A stretch of 60,226 nucleotides of DNA, the filler included, from Catajapyx aquilonaris (taxonomy: Eukaryota): assembly GCA_000934665.2 (NCBI GenBank). It is 2 parts of 2 records of this genome, joined end to end, with 100 filler letters (N's around TTAATTAATTAA, not from the genome) between each part and the next. Parts side by side here need not be neighbours in the genome. Positions count along the whole stretch, not along the records: positions 30,139 to 60,226 come from JYFJ02004705.1; 1 more part is not named here. One strand, written 5' to 3'. Made by a program: the position numbers and the translations under genes. This document shows, one piece after another, positions 59,380-60,226 of the stretch. Position 1 is the first letter of the stretch, and every line of letters starts with the position of its first letter. The notes under the pieces were generated by a model. It searched no databases, was not told the DNA's origin, and worked only from the letters and a program-made list of their open reading frames with translations.

Positions 59380-60226
59380 GAATAACGCCAAGTACTTCAT
59401 GCAAAAAAAAAATTGTAAAGCATCTTTTCATTATGCTGATTAATTAAGAGTATGTTCATGATGGTTCAGTTTAGATGAAGAATGACGTTAACAATTTTGA
59501 AAAGTATCAGATGCCTTTGGACTCATTCCATTATAAGTGAGATCTGGCGCAGCCATCTAAGATTTTGATGCAATACTTAGCTATGCAAAACCAAAGGTTG
59601 ACCTTGGCCTCTCAACTCATTTAACACCCTGAAAACCAATTTATACTGTGTGATTCAAGGTGTGTAGCCATGTATGTTGGCTATTTTAAAATTTTCTACT
59701 CAAAAATTAAGCTGCACCAATAGGAAGTAGTGATGTTCCTTACTGTGTAGTTTGAACATTACTTATGAGTATATTGGTAATAAGAGAGATGCAAGTGATT
59801 TATGTATATATGAATTTGATAATAAATTGTAATTTCCAGTTTATTCAAGTTTTCTGATGTACATGTAAAGGTGACCTGGACGTGTTGGAGATGTTTCACA
59901 AGGCCCCTTTTTTTTCCATTGTCGAGATGTAGCCTTCCCCCTATTCAGTTCGTATAAATGTTGTTTTAGTAGTCATTAATATCTTTTTAATGAAAACAGG
60001 TAATTTTGTTAGTTGTCAAATGAAAATGCTTGGACTATAACTATTTTAAAATGCTACAGCAAATATGTGCAAACTTTTTGCTTTCTAACAACATGCAGGA
60101 CAACTCTGGCGATACCAGTAAATCTGTAGGGGTAATTCCACGACAGTTCAGGTAAAATTAAATAAAAATGTCACCCTCTATCCTGGGATGTGAACGAAAA
60201 TTGGAGCTTGGCTTAATGATGCCGAG

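Overview
Eukaryotic (arthropod, probably a non-holometabolous hexapod) genomic DNA with a gene-dense housekeeping cluster and many short transposon derivatives. There is no evidence of prokaryotic systems. Genes were reconstructed by hand from splice signals and protein motifs. On the minus strand: a KLF6/7 (luna-like) gene whose 34-codon first exon lies 13 kb upstream of the rest and whose last zinc fingers lie outside the window; Arp3 (5 exons, 418 aa, intron 1 with an apparent GG-AG boundary); the first two exons of a TADA1/Ada1 gene not represented in the ORF track, running toward an assembly gap; LAMTOR1; MMAA (B12-pathway GTPase); an intronless CWF19L2; and a ZAD-C2H2 zinc finger gene. 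On the plus strand: mitochondrial NARS2, ATG5 and a second, paralogous ZAD-C2H2 gene. Introns and intergenic DNA hold three tRNA-derived SINE families (one with a V-domain-like core), mariner/pogo/hAT/piggyBac-type MITEs that are often nested, a Helentron/DINE-1-like element and a perfect 88-bp palindrome. Best leads: candidate recursive-splicing ratchet points and CRE/E-box clusters in the luna intron, the non-canonical Arp3 donor, MMAA retention in a ZAD-bearing arthropod, the ZAD paralog pair differing mainly in one recognition helix, and a MITE built from two mirrored mariner 3' ends. All identifications come from recalled family motifs; no database search was run.
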